Of a stretch of 64,000 bases of DNA, positions 52,377-64,000 are shown in pieces. Below the pieces are notes generated by a model. It worked only from the letters and a program-made list of their open reading frames with translations, searched no databases and was not told the DNA's origin. Source of the DNA: Okamejei kenojei (taxonomy: Eukaryota); NCBI GenBank assembly GCA_035221665.1, contig CM069145.1, forward strand, positions 11,594,001 to 11,658,000, written 5' to 3'. Each line of letters starts with the position of its first letter. Position 1 is the first letter of the stretch. A program made the translations under genes and the position numbers.

Positions 52377-52686
52377 GACGATGGCGCAGCAGTGAAGTTG
52401 CTGCCTTACAGCGCTCACAGCGGCAGAGACCCGGGTTCGATCCCGACTACGGGTGTTTGTCCGTACGGAGTTTGTACGTTCTCCCCGTGACCGCGTGGGT
52501 TTTCTCCCAGATCTTCGGTTTCCTCCCACACTGCAAAGACGTACAGCTTGGAAACTGGTTGGTTAATTGGCTTGGTATAAATGTAAAATTGTCCCTAGTG
52601 TGTGCGGCTCGCATTAGTGAGCGGGGATTGCTGGCCGGTGCGGACTCAGGGCCCATTTCCATGCTGTATCTCTAAACTAATCTAAA
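52377..52686 (+). mobile_element. V-type SINE (HE1-like)
   Basis: tRNA head with B box ggttcgatccc, V core, tail. Confidence 0.88.
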
Positions 52687-53020
52687 TTCTGCCTGTCCTC
52701 GTCTTCCGGGAACTTTTCAATTTTACCAAAAAAGCATCAAAGAAGTGCCATGCCATTGGAAACTCTGTCATTTAGTTGAGGCGTTGCCTGCCCTCAGGTG
52801 GGTGAACGCCAACCCAAGCCACAATCCCACAGCAACCTCACATCAATAGAAATATATCCCAGAAAAGAAAGACTTGCTTGAGCGCAGCACATTGACTGAC
52901 CTCAGAATGTCCCAAAGCATTCGACTGCAATAACGTTGAAGTCTATTTATAAAGTAAGATGCAAGGAGTGAAAATGTGTACAACAAAGTCCAACAAACAG
53001 CCATGTAACAAGTGGCTAAA

Positions 53021-53502
53021 CATAGACACAAAGTGCTGGAGTAACTCAGCGGGACAGGCCGCATCTCTGGAGAGAAGGAATGGGTGACGTTTCAGGTCGA
53101 GACCCTTCTTGCCCCCCCAAGTGGTATGAACATTAACTTCTCTAACTTCAAGTAGCCCTTGCTTTCCCTCTCTCTCCATCCCCTCTCCCTTCCCAGTTCT
53201 CTAACCAGTCTTACCGTTTCCAACCACATTTTATCTCTGTTGTTAGCTTCTTCCAGCTAACAATGAGCTATTCTACATTTTCCTTGAACCTTCATTCCCT
53301 TTGTCCTATTTTCACACCTTGCACTTCCTTACCTCTTCCCTGACATCAGTTTGAAGAAGGGTCTCGACCCGAAACGTCACTCATTCCTTCTCTCCAGAGG
53401 TGCGGCCTGTCCCACTGAGTTACTCCAGCATTTTGTGTCTATCTTCAGTTTAACCCAGCATCTGCAGTTCCTTCCTACACATCTGCAGTTCCTTCCTACA
53501 CA
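53021..53502 (+). mobile_element. Short Penelope insertion: inverted pLTR piece plus 3' end
   Basis: 15-bp duplication taacaagtggctaaa at 53006-53020 and 53503-53517. Confidence 0.8.
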
Positions 53503-54299
53503 TAACAAGTGGCTAAATTATCTAGTGGTCAAGGAATAAATATTAGTCAGGAGACCGTGCACAAAATATTATCTGAATAATGTGTCTCCCACTAATATAG
53601 GACTCCCGCATGTCTGGTCTGGTCTAGTGCTCCATCCTTGGACCCTACAATCATTCAAGTCAGGGGCAAGAGTGTTATCAATTAGGCCACAGCCCACCAT
53701 GGCAGATACTGTGGAAAGTGGCATACTTTTCTCACGCATTAGGTATGGTAAGTCATCTTCGGGACATGTTTCCAAGGAACAAATATCTTAATGAAATAAG
53801 ATCTTGCTACTGTCATTTGGTACTTCTTTCTGATAAGATAATCATTTGACAATCGTTACACATACACTATTCAAGATAAAACCAACTGCTAGCACCACTG
53901 CATCACACCAGTGCCTTCACTCTTTGCAGGGAATCACATCACCTAGAGACCTTTATCTTCATATAGCAGCAGGATTGAAACCTGCAGCCTACAGTGTAGG
54001 AATATACTGTGACACATGCCCCTGTGAATGTTTGCAACAATGCCCCTGTACTGTACTGCCCGGTGTCTACATTATAAATGGAAAAAGATCTGCGCTTACA
54101 AAGTCTTCCCTGATCCCAAGACATCCTAATCAAATTGTAGCCGATTACATAAATTTGAAACTTCAGCTTTTTGTAAGGTTGGGAATGCAGCAGCAATCTG
54201 TTTCAACAATGTTAAATGTTATTAATTATATCTAGAATTGACCATTACAAAGAACAACCTCCCTTCTTCTATTCTCTTTATGCAAGGCCATTTGAAAAT

Positions 54300-54530
54300 T
54301 TGTGTAGGAAGGAACTGCGGATGCTGGTTTACACCGAATGTTAGACACAAAATGCTGGAATAACTCAGCAGGACAGGCAGCATCTCTGGATAGAAGGAAT
54401 GGGTGACGTTTCGGGTCGAGGCTGAAGAAAAGTCTGAAGAAGGATCTCGACCTGAAACGTCATCCATTCCTTGTATCCAGAGATGCTGCCTGTCCTGCTG
54501 AGTTACTCCAGCATTTTGTGTCTATCTTCG
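54300..54530. mobile_element. Palindromic Penelope-terminus element
   Basis: Two inverted pLTR arms with a hammerhead-like core at the centre. Confidence 0.75.
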
Positions 54531-56526
54531 TCAATGTAAATTCCACTGTCTGCACCCATCGCCCCTGCGTGAAATGACTGGCATGAACTCCCATTAAGAC
54601 CTCAATTCAAAATTATTATCTGTGTTTTCAAATGATTTTTCCACCTCCCTTTCTCTATAATTTCCTCCAGCCCTGCACCCTCTGAGATATTTGTTCTCTA
54701 ATTTTGTTCTCTTGGTCATTCTAGATTCAATCGCACCATCCTTGATGGTTTACCTTCAGCTACCAAGGTCCTAGGTTTGTGAAATTCCTAACTAAATCTT
54801 TCTTTCTCCTCTGCGATGCCTTACAGCCTACCTCTCTGACCAAGCTTTCCGTCAACTGTCTTATCTCCTTATGCAGCTTAATTTTGATCATTTTAATTTT
54901 GGAACTGCTTCTCTAAAGCTCCTTGAGATTTTTTTGGCTTCTGTTTCTATATTTTCAATAACTATACAAATTGGAGCTGAGGTCTCTGTTACTTTAACAA
55001 TCCTGCTCTTTTCTCAATTATATCAAAATATTGTGCATCCACCTAAATGGATAGAAGGGCTAATGTATCATCCAAATTGCAGCACCTCAGTATGTTTCAT
55101 TACTGCAATAGAACTGATTATATCTCAAGTGGGGTATAAAGCCTCAACTCTTGAATGAAATGCATTAGTACTACTGATGAGCCAAGACTGAATATTTTAC
55201 AACATTGACAGCCCTGATAACCATTTATAAAATGGTTTATTTCTAAAAATGCATTGAATCCATTACCAAGCCCATGCAGTGAAACATCACAGCATCTAGA
55301 GGAGCAAATATTTTTTAAACTTGTCGTAACATTTGGAACATTTGGCTCTTACTCCTCTGAAATTTTTCAATGGGTATGTTTGACTATAAACATGCATTCT
55401 GAAATCTGTTTATTAAAACTATATTTACAAAGGAAGTTTATACTATTTTTCTGAAGAGCTTATTGAAACTGCACTTGGCAAAGTACTTCAGTGTAATGTC
55501 ATTACAGAGCTATTCGATCTTCACAGAAGCCGTCGCAGGCACTTCACCCCCTTGTACCTGCTCTGATTTTGACTAGGTTTCAGTTTAGTTTATTGTCACA
55601 TGTACCGAGGTACAGGGAAAAGCTTTTGTTGCGTGACATCCAGTCAGCGGAAAGACGTGATTACAATCGAGCTATTTACGGTGTACAGAGGGTTCATGAC
55701 TGATCCTTTTATTTCAGTATCTCTTGCTTGCACAAACGTCAAAATCTCCTGATTCTGTTAACAGCAAAAGGTCTATTGATTTCTGTCTGGAATATACCGC
55801 GCAACTGAGCCTCCAGAGCACTCGTGGACAGGAAATTCCATGTACATCTGCATGAACAATTTAGTTCTCATCCACATTCAGAACGGTTAGTCGCTTATTT
55901 AAAGACTGTGATTCCTGGTTCCAAAGTTACCAACCAGGGAAAACCTCAACCAGTACCTACCCTTCAAGTCTGATAATAATTTTAAGCATTATGATTACAT
56001 CTTTTACAACTTTTATTCTTTTAACGTTATGAGTGCACAGTTTTGGCCAGCTTAATTTTCCCTCATACAACAAACCCACTATCTAAGAAATTGACCTGGT
56101 AAACTTTAATTCTCAATGACAAGTGTAGCCTGACCCAAAACGCCACATCTCCATATTCTCCAGAGATGTTGCCTAACCGGCTGACTGACTCCACATTTTT
56201 TTTAATATCCTTCCTTCAGTGAGGAAACCAGGAGTGTATTCAAAATGGAGACACTCAGGTTAGTCCCGGCCAGAGGCCGTAGCAGGCTCCTCGATGTTAG
56301 GCCCAACGACATCGGAGACCCGGCAGGGAAAAAGTCGGGTCACTGTACAGGGAAGAGATTAACGGTTTCCCCATAGCCACCCCCCCCCCCCCTCCCCCCA
56401 CATATACACAGCCAAAACAATAATAAAAACTAGACTCAAGACATACATTTAACAAGACAAAAATTTTAAAAAAGACAGACGGACTGTATTCGAGCCGCTG
56501 CTGATGGGCACCGCCACGCTAATATA

Positions 56527-56768
56527 TTCACACAGAGAGTGGTGAATCTGTGGAATTATCTGCCACAGAAGGTAGTTGAGGCCAGTTCGTTGGCCATATT
56601 TAAGAGGGAGTAGGATGTGGCCCTTGTGGCTGAAGGGATCAGGGGGTATGGAGAGAAGGCAGGTACAGGATACTGAGTTGGATGGTCAGCCATGATCATA
56701 TTGAATGGCGGTGCAGGCTCGAAGGGCCGAACGGCCTGCTCCTGCACCTAATTTCTATGTTTCTATGT
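56527..56768 (+). mobile_element. CR1 3' end
   Basis: Same UTR and tail as 46438-46675. Confidence 0.85.
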
Positions 56769-57551
56769 TCATCTGCGTGTTCCATTAATAAGACAACGAG
56801 ATTTGGGACCTGTCAAATTCATTTGGGGGGGGGGGAGGTTAGAAATAATCAGTGAGGTAAACAAACATAGTAGTTGAGTGGCAAATGACAATAGTGCTTC
56901 CCAATATGTAACTGAAGGAAATAATGGCTTATTGGGGCTGCATGTTGTGACAGACAGCCTGACACCTTGCATGTCATTTTAATATTATACTTATCCCATT
57001 CCCCTGGATATTCTGGATTAAGAAATGAAGGTTTTGTCAACTAGTTACAAATCGGGCTAATTACAGATCAATAACATTAGCCAACTCCTATGCACGAAGC
57101 GCTGAGCATTGGGATCCAGACATCATGGACAATTGGCCTCAGTTTCTCGCTCGCATCTGTCAGTGCTCTCTGTCTGAACCAGGGTGCCCGCCTCCCACTG
57201 TAGAGACTTTTTGAAATTTGATGTATTAAAATCATGTTTGAGTGCATTGTTGGAGTATGATTTAATTTTTAAGAGGCAGCTTTTTAAGGGGTAACTTTTT
57301 CCACACAAAGGGTGGTGGGTGTATGGAACAAGCTGCCGGAGGAGGTAGTTGAGGCAGGGATTATCCCAACATTTAAGAAACAGTTAGACGTGTTTGGAGG
57401 GATATAGACCAAAAGCAGGTAGTGTAGCTGGGACATGTTGGCAGGTGTGGGCAAGTTGGGCCGAAGTATCACTCTATGACTACATTATACCTCCACCAAG
57501 CATGAATGCTTCAAAGTCAAGTGTTCGAGGTTTATTGCCATATACGCAAGC

Positions 57552-57894
57552 ATAGAAACATAGAAAATAGGTGCAGAAATAGGCCATTCGGACCTTCAAG
57601 CCAGCACTGCTATTAAATATGATCATGGCTGTTAATCTAAAATCAGTGCCTCTTTCCTGTTTTTTCCCCATGTCCCTTGATTTTGCTAGCCCCAAAAGCT
57701 AAATGTAACTCTCTCTTGAAAACATCCAGTGAATTGGACTCCACTGCCTTCTGTGGCAGAGAATTCCACAGGTTCACAACTCTCTGGGTGAAGAAAGTTT
57801 GGCCTCATCTCAGTCCTAAATGGCCTACCCTTCATTATTAAACTGTGACCCCTGGTTTTGAAATTCCCCCAACATGGGGAACATTTTTCCTGCA
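57552..57894 (-). mobile_element. CR1 3' fragment
   Basis: Same family as 18388-18765. Confidence 0.85.
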
Positions 57895-57999
57895 GTTACA
57901 GTAAGTAAACATCTAGCAGGCAAGCAGGATGCTTTCTCCAACCACCCTCATTTGAAGGGCACTATCTTCCACTGCTTCTACCCAGTGCTTGGCATCTAC

Positions 58000-58363
58000 T
58001 TCCAGCAGTCACTGGTTGTCCTCCAGGATGCACTGAGCCACAGCCTGGTCCATGCCGGTCACCAGGCGAATTCGGCACAGAAACTCTCATGGCAGCGGCG
58101 CAACGTTTCCAACGCCTCCGACAGCCTGGGACCCCGCATTGAAGCTGTTCCATGGCCAGAGCTGCGGCGAGCGACTCGCCAGCCCGGCAAACACTCGCCA
58201 GCCCCGGCTCCCTGTCCACATCTGCCCCCGCCGCTGCTTCTGCTTCCATCCCTCCCTCTGCCCCGGCTCTCCAACACCCACGGCCAGGTTGCTCAGAGCA
58301 CAGCAGCCCTCCCGGTTCCGCAGCCCATGTTTCTCTCTCCTGCCGCTCGCCGGCCTCGCTCAT
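58000..58363 (-). pseudogene. TDP2: Disabled TDP2 exon-1-like fragment (N-terminal UBA-like domain)
   Basis: Across a frameshift near 58062 it reads RRCHESFCAEFA/LVTGMDQAVAQCILEDNQ*LLE, against recalled human TDP2 RRLLCVEFASVASCDAAVAQCFLAENDWEME; GT follows the last Glu; GC/CpG-rich; the 5' boundary is a guess. Confidence 0.65.
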
Positions 58364-58605
58364 GTCAGCCGTTTCCCGCAAATCCTTCAATTCCGACTAC
58401 CGCCGGGAACAGGGCATGGCCTTACTTGCTGCGCTGGGTAACACTCATTCACTGCCCGGTCCGTGTCTTTCAATGTAAATTTGCATGGGCACATGGTTTG
58501 GAGGTGTGTGACGGTTCGGTCAAGTGAGAATAACGGAGAACAAGAGTGCTGCTGTCTTGTCAACAGACGCGCACACAAGCAGTTGATATTAGTTTAGAAA
58601 TTCTC

Positions 58606-58710
58606 GTTGATCACAGAATTTCTCACGATAGAGCATGAGAAATTTGTGATCAGCGTGAGAGCGTGAGAGCGTGAGAATTACGTGAAATGCGTGAATCTCA
58701 CGCTCAATGC
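58606..58710. repeat. (GCGTGAGA)n motif cluster and hairpin, like DNA-transposon subterminal repeats
   Basis: Direct and inverted CGTGAGA/TCTCACG motifs; inverted repeat 58606-58654. Confidence 0.6.
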
Positions 58711-59079
58711 TGTCCCTATCCTCCTCATTGGCCACATAGACAACCAGCATTGAATCGCCAGTAAATTTGGATGCATCAAACTTCCTCATCTGTACCACTT
58801 TAACTACTTTCCATAAATAATATTGACCCATGCTGTTTGCATGCTAAGTTCTTTTTGATTTTAGTGCCAACATAGGTCAGTAATATGTGGAATTAATTAT
58901 CCTGAATCTGATTCATGACATCTGATAGCAAAATATTTGCATGAGCAAGAATCACTTAAAAAAAATATGTGATGTATTTACATATTTCCCATGAACAGCA
59001 CAATGCCTTATCATCAAACTATACAGCCAATTTTAACCTTGCATGAAGCAGGAAAACACATACAATAACATTCTCATCT

Positions 59080-60455
59080 TCACCCCTTTCCACGTTACAT
59101 AGAGACTATTCCCTCCACAACTCCCTGGTTAACTCATCCCTTCCAACCCAAACCACCCCCTCCCCAGGTACTTTCCCCTGCAACCCCAGGAGATGCAACA
59201 CCTGTCTCTCTACCTCCTCCCTCGACTCCATCCAAAGACCCCGACTGTTCTTTCAGGAGAGGCAGAGGTTCACTCGCACCAACTCCAACATCATCTATTG
59301 TATCCGCTGTTCTAGGTGTGGGCTCCTATTTATCAGCGAGACCCAGCATAGACTGAACGATCGTTTCGCTGAACCTCCGCTCAGTCCACCTGGGCCTCCA
59401 TTATGCTAAACACTTTCATGGGCCTGTCCCAATTAGGCGATTTTTTTCGGTGACTGCCATAGGCGTAGCAGGTCGCCAAAAAAACGGCGACTGGACCTCC
59501 CTACGACAATGTCTACGACAATGTCTACAACAACCTACCTCCGAGTGGACGTCAAGCTACCGACAACCAGCGACCCATTAGGACGTCCACCTACGACCAC
59601 ACCTACGACAACCTATGTCCACCCGCGACAAGCTACGACAAGGTAAGAAAATTCAGTCGCCGGTTGACATAGGTTGACGTAGCTGTCGCCGGTTGACGTA
59701 CCTGTCGCCGGTTGACATAGGTTGACGTAGGTAATCGCCAATAGAATTCACCAAAGTCAGCACCGGTACAACCTACGTCATCCTGGCGACAACCTACGAC
59801 AGCACCTACGTCAGGAGAAGTCAAGCTACGCTCATTTGTGTCAAGCCAACTGTCGCCGAAAAGTTTTGAACATTTCAATATCCAGCGGCAGCCAGAAAAA
59901 CACTACTGAGGAGACTACTCACGACATTACAGGCGACACCCGGCGACCATGAGCCTGTAGTCACCTATAAAATCACCTAAGTGGGACAGGGGCATAACTC
60001 CCTCTCCCATTCCCACACTGACCTTTCTGTCCTGGGTCTCCTCCACTGTCGGAGTGAGGCCAAATGCAAATTGGAGGAACAGCACCTCATATTTTGCTTG
60101 GGCAACTTCCAACCCAGCGGCATGAATATTGATTTCTCTAACATCAAGTAACCCTTGTTTTCCCTCTCACTCTGTCCCTTCCCCAGCCTAGTTCTCTCAC
60201 TGTCCTCCTGATTAATGTTACTGTTTGAGTGCCGCGTGGTCACCCCAACCAACAATGACCCATCGTACATTTCCTTGAGCATCGTCTGCTTTGATATGTT
60301 CTTTTCACACCTTACATGTTCTTTTTACTCTTCCATATCTTTTTTCCCTCTCTCCGCTGACTCTCAGTCTGAAGCAGGTTCTCGACCCAAAACATCACCA
60401 TCTCTCCAGGGATGCTGCCTGTCCCGCTGCGTTACTCCAGCTTTTTGTGTATATT
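59080..60455 (+). mobile_element. Penelope 3' fragment (GIY-YIG plus pLTR) split by a MITE
   Basis: NIIYCIRCSRCGLLFISETQHRLNDRFAE; resumes at 59998 with SHSHTDLSVLGL..CKLEEQHLIF. Confidence 0.85.
59419..59994. mobile_element. PIF/Harbinger-type MITE (family of 6483-7073, opposite orientation)
   Basis: tgggcctgtcccaatt / aagtgggacaggggca; TCA and TAA flanks. Confidence 0.85.
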
Positions 60456-60944
60456 TACAGTAATCTATGTTTCCATTATTCCCGCTTGGCCGATTTTTTG
60501 TGCTGGATAATCATCATGTGCAACAGACCAGACATGAGAGCATTTTCTCATTGCTAATGAAAGCATCACCAGTGCATCTACACTGATGAACTTTACAAAT
60601 GGGTTATGGGTACAATTTTTTCAAAGTCACCTGAATCATATCATTGCTTCTCGGTAGTAGCTTATGGAGAATGGAGTACATTATTGATAAATTTTAAGCA
60701 GTATTTTTGTTTTAAATGATGGAAGACATAAGTAATGCATAGTACATGCTTTGAAAATAAATTAATCTGCCAGAGCAGCAAATTATATATTTTTTAAATG
60801 AAATGCATCCACACCATTTTACTGCAATTGTTTCATTTTGTTGCAGTTCAGATATGTATGCAATACTTTCTTAAATAATAAGCAATTGAATGTATAGCAA
60901 TAACGGAGCTTTACTTCCAATGGTTTTTGTCTTTCGCTCATAGT

Positions 60945-61280
60945 CATCGACCCATAGAGTGATACAGCGTTGAAACAGGCCCTTCGGCCCACCTTGCCCA
61001 CACCGGGCAACATGTCCCAGCTACACTAGTCCTACCTTCCTGCGTTTGGTCCATATCCCTCCAAACCTGTCCGATCCATGTACCTGTCTAACTGTTTTTT
61101 AAATGTTGGGATAGTCCCTACCTCAACTATCTCCTCAGGCAGCGTGTTCCATACACCCACCAGCCTTTGTGTGAAAATCATACCCCTCAGTTACCCCTGT
61201 TAACCCAAAAGTTACCCTACTAAATCTTTTCCCCTTCACCTTAAACCTATGTCCTCTGGTCCTCAATTCACAAACTCTGG
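60945..61280 (-). mobile_element. CR1 3' fragment
   Basis: RTRGHRFKVKGKRF plus UTR. Confidence 0.8.
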
Positions 61281-61534
61281 GCTCATTCATTTTCTGCTTA
61301 AATAAATGGGTATCAATCCCACTCATCCATCTATTCCAGCCAACAATTCAGAACCTAGCTCTGTTCAGAGAAACCACCAGCGTTTGCCAAAAAAAAGTGT
61401 CCTGATTTGCTTCTGCAAAGGAACATTAGTTCACCTCACAAATTCAGCAAGCGAGTAGCAATCTGAGGCAGAGCTCTCTGGATATGAACCTGGACCAACT
61501 TAGACATGCAATAAAGAATATGTAATGATGATCT

Positions 61535-61690
61535 TCAATTTACATAATACATTTCATGACCCCGGGATGTCCCAAATTGCTTTACAAGCAGTTAAATATT
61601 TATGAAAGTGTAGTCACTGTTGTAGTATAGGAAATAAGACAGCAGTCATTCACAGTGAAGTCCCACAAACAGCAATGAAATAACAATCAC
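61535..61690 (-). mobile_element. Ancient Deu/SacSINE1-like SINE 3' part
   Basis: Reverse complement reads cattgctgtttgtggga..tttcctatactacaacagtgactacac..tttgggacatcc; related relics near 29690-29870 and 53530-53700. Confidence 0.55.
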
Positions 61691-61823
61691 ATACTAAAGA
61701 TAGGATTGCTGGAAATCGACACCACAGAGACTCAAGCAGGGTTAAAGTTGAAGAGTCAATGAACTGTCGCTGTAAACTACTTCTGTTGCTCTAATGAAAA
61801 GAATCACTGACCTGAAACAGTAA

Positions 61824-62457
61824 AGGGGCCTGTCCCACTTAGGCGATTTTTACAGCGACTGTCACAGTCGTAGCAGGTCACCGGAAAAGCGGCAACTGGT
61901 CCCACCCCGCCCCCCATGACAATGTCTACGACAAGCTACGACAACCCACCACCTAGTCGATGTCAAGCTACGCACAAGCTACCGACAACCGGCGACCCAT
62001 TAGGACGTCCACCTATGAACACACCCACGACAACCTACGACCACTCAGGCGACAACCTATGACAACCAAGGTCAACCTACGTCCACCCACGACAAGCTAG
62101 GGCCCTGTCGGCGACAACTGAAGACATTATAGTCGCCAGTACCTGTCGCGGTCGACGTAGGTTGGCGTAGGTAGTCGCCAATGGAATTCGCCGAAGTCAG
62201 CACCCGGCGACAACCAATGTCACCTGGCGACAACCTACGACACCACCTACGACAGGAGAAGACAAGCTACATCAAGCCCACAGTCGCCGAAAAGTTTTGA
62301 ACATTTCAAAATCCAGCGGCGACCAGAAGTATGTTACGACTCTTTAGGCGGCTTTTGGAGACGTCTCACGACCACACAGGAGTCACCCCGCGACCATGTG
62401 GCGACAGCCAAGTCGCCTGTAGTCGCCGGAAGAAATTGCCTAATTGGGACAGGGGCT
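61824..62457. mobile_element. PIF/Harbinger-type MITE (family of 6483-7073)
   Basis: ggggcctgtcccactta / taattgggacaggggct; TAA duplication at 61821-61823 and 62458-62460. Confidence 0.88.
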
Positions 62458-63489
62458 TAACTCTATTTCTCTACCACAGGAGCAACCTGACTTATATGTT
62501 CAATTATTCCTATTTTAGACTCTGTATTTCTAGAATCCACAGCTTTATGTGTGTGTATAAATGGCCAGATTATTTCCTTCGCTGGAGTTAATTGAGAAAT
62601 TAATATTAATCAGGTCACTCTCATGCTCTTTAAATAGTGGCAGAGAATATTTTATTTTTAACTGGAAGGGGAGATGAGATCTTTATTCAACATCACATAC
62701 CAAAAACGACTCCTGTTATGTATGCTGCTACATTGTAGTGAGATTATGTGTTCAGATCTACAGAGTAGCATTTCAACACAAACATTCTGATTCAGGCATA
62801 AGAGCAGTGGGTCAGTCTGGCAAATGTGCCTTCTATCAGCAAGATCCTTATACAACAATTATGACGTATTTTGAAATATATAGATGGCAGTTCTAACAAA
62901 ACTAAAGTTATGAAAATTGCTTGAAAATAAGCAAGCATATTAATTAAAAAATAAAATTGCCCTATTTAAACATTAATGATATTGTCAAAATAATTAATCC
63001 CAAATGTACTACTCAGCCATGGTCACAATGAATGGTGGTGCTGGCTCGAAGGGCCGAATGGCCTCCTCCCGCACCTATTTTCTATGTTTCTATTACTTGT
63101 ACCCAATCTGAAGCTATTGGCTCAAACATGACTGTCAAAACAAAACATATTAAACTAATAATTGATTAACTTCAATTCTTTAATATCTATAATATAGGTG
63201 GTACAATGAATGCTTTTCTTCACAGTCCAATTCCAGACCAAACTGCATTATCATTATAGGTTGCTCTCTCACTTGGACTAAATTCACACCAAAAGTCTAG
63301 AGAAAGTGTATGCTGATTTATTTTTAATAATTTATTTTTACTTCAATTATATCAATTTGCTTTATCCTATTACGCTTCAATCATGTGGCTGGTTTTGTGA
63401 TCTCTATTGTATTTAATGTTAACACTGGTCTTACATGTTTCACGGGGAAGGCTAAAATCACATTTTAAAATATCAACATATGCATGTTT

Positions 63490-64000
63490 GTGACAAAGTT
63501 AGTTTGGATATTATGTTACAATTGTACAAGACAATAATGAAGCCGCATTTGGAGAACTGTGTTCAGTTTTGATCACCTAATTGTGTGGATTATGCCATTA
63601 AACCGGAAAGCGTGCATGAAAGATTTATGAAGGTGTCGCCAGGAAGGACTGAGTTATAGGGAGAGGTTACGCAGGTTGGGCAAGGACATTATTCATTGGA
63701 GCATCAGAGACTGTGGGATAATCATGCAGAGATATATAAAATCATGGGGGTTTATAGATAAGGTGAATGCACACAGCCTTTTTTCCATGGTTAGGGAATC
63801 GTGAATGAGAGGGCACGAGTTTAAGGTGAGAGGGGAAAGATGTGACAGAAGCTGAAGGCCAAATTTATCACAGAGGGTGGTGGGTACATGGAATGAGCTG
63901 CCAGAGAAAGTATCTGAGACAGATACTAAACCAACATTTAAAAGACATTTGCACAAGAATGTGAACGGAAAAGGTTTCAAAGGGTATGGGTCAAAAGTGG
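63490..64000 (+). mobile_element. CR1 3' fragment running off the window
   Basis: LQLYKTIMKPHLENCVQF and RGHEFKVRGE remnants. Confidence 0.8.

Noticed and set aside
58000-58090. In-frame TGA codons as possible selenocysteine
   Set aside because: The TGA at 58011-58009 aligns with a conserved Trp, frameshifts co-occur and no SECIS was seen; decay is the simpler explanation
57874-58527. 217-aa plus-strand ORF and overlapping ORFs
   Set aside because: Shadow frames of a GC-rich island; the recognisable homology is on the minus strand
61900-62280. Recurring CTACGACAA motifs that look like a CRISPR or tandem array (also 6483-7073 and 59419-59994)
   Set aside because: Units are short and irregular, there are no unique spacers or cas genes, and they sit inside TIR/TSD-bounded MITEs in eukaryotic DNA

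Overview
Repeat-dense eukaryotic DNA with no intact host gene that I can identify. The repeat set (HE1/V-type tRNA SINEs, Deu-type SINE relics, CR1, Rex1/Babar, RTE, Penelope) points to a cartilaginous fish, probably a skate or ray (inference). The main element is a full-length but frameshifted DIRS1-type tyrosine-recombinase retrotransposon (1053-6401, minus strand) with gag, RT/RNaseH/methyltransferase-like, YR, inverted repeats and an internal complementary region. Its splice signals sit exactly at the ORF boundaries, which suggests gag, pol and YR are made by alternative splicing. Also present: a disabled TDP2 exon-1-like fragment beside DNA-transposon-like subterminal repeats, many Penelope-derived repeats with minimal hammerhead ribozyme cores and 12-16 bp flanking duplications, nine PIF/Harbinger-type MITEs with TWA target duplications, a hAT/P-like MITE, and an isolated 84-bp hairpin. 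Family names come from motif recognition only; no searches were run. Ends of degraded repeats are approximate.
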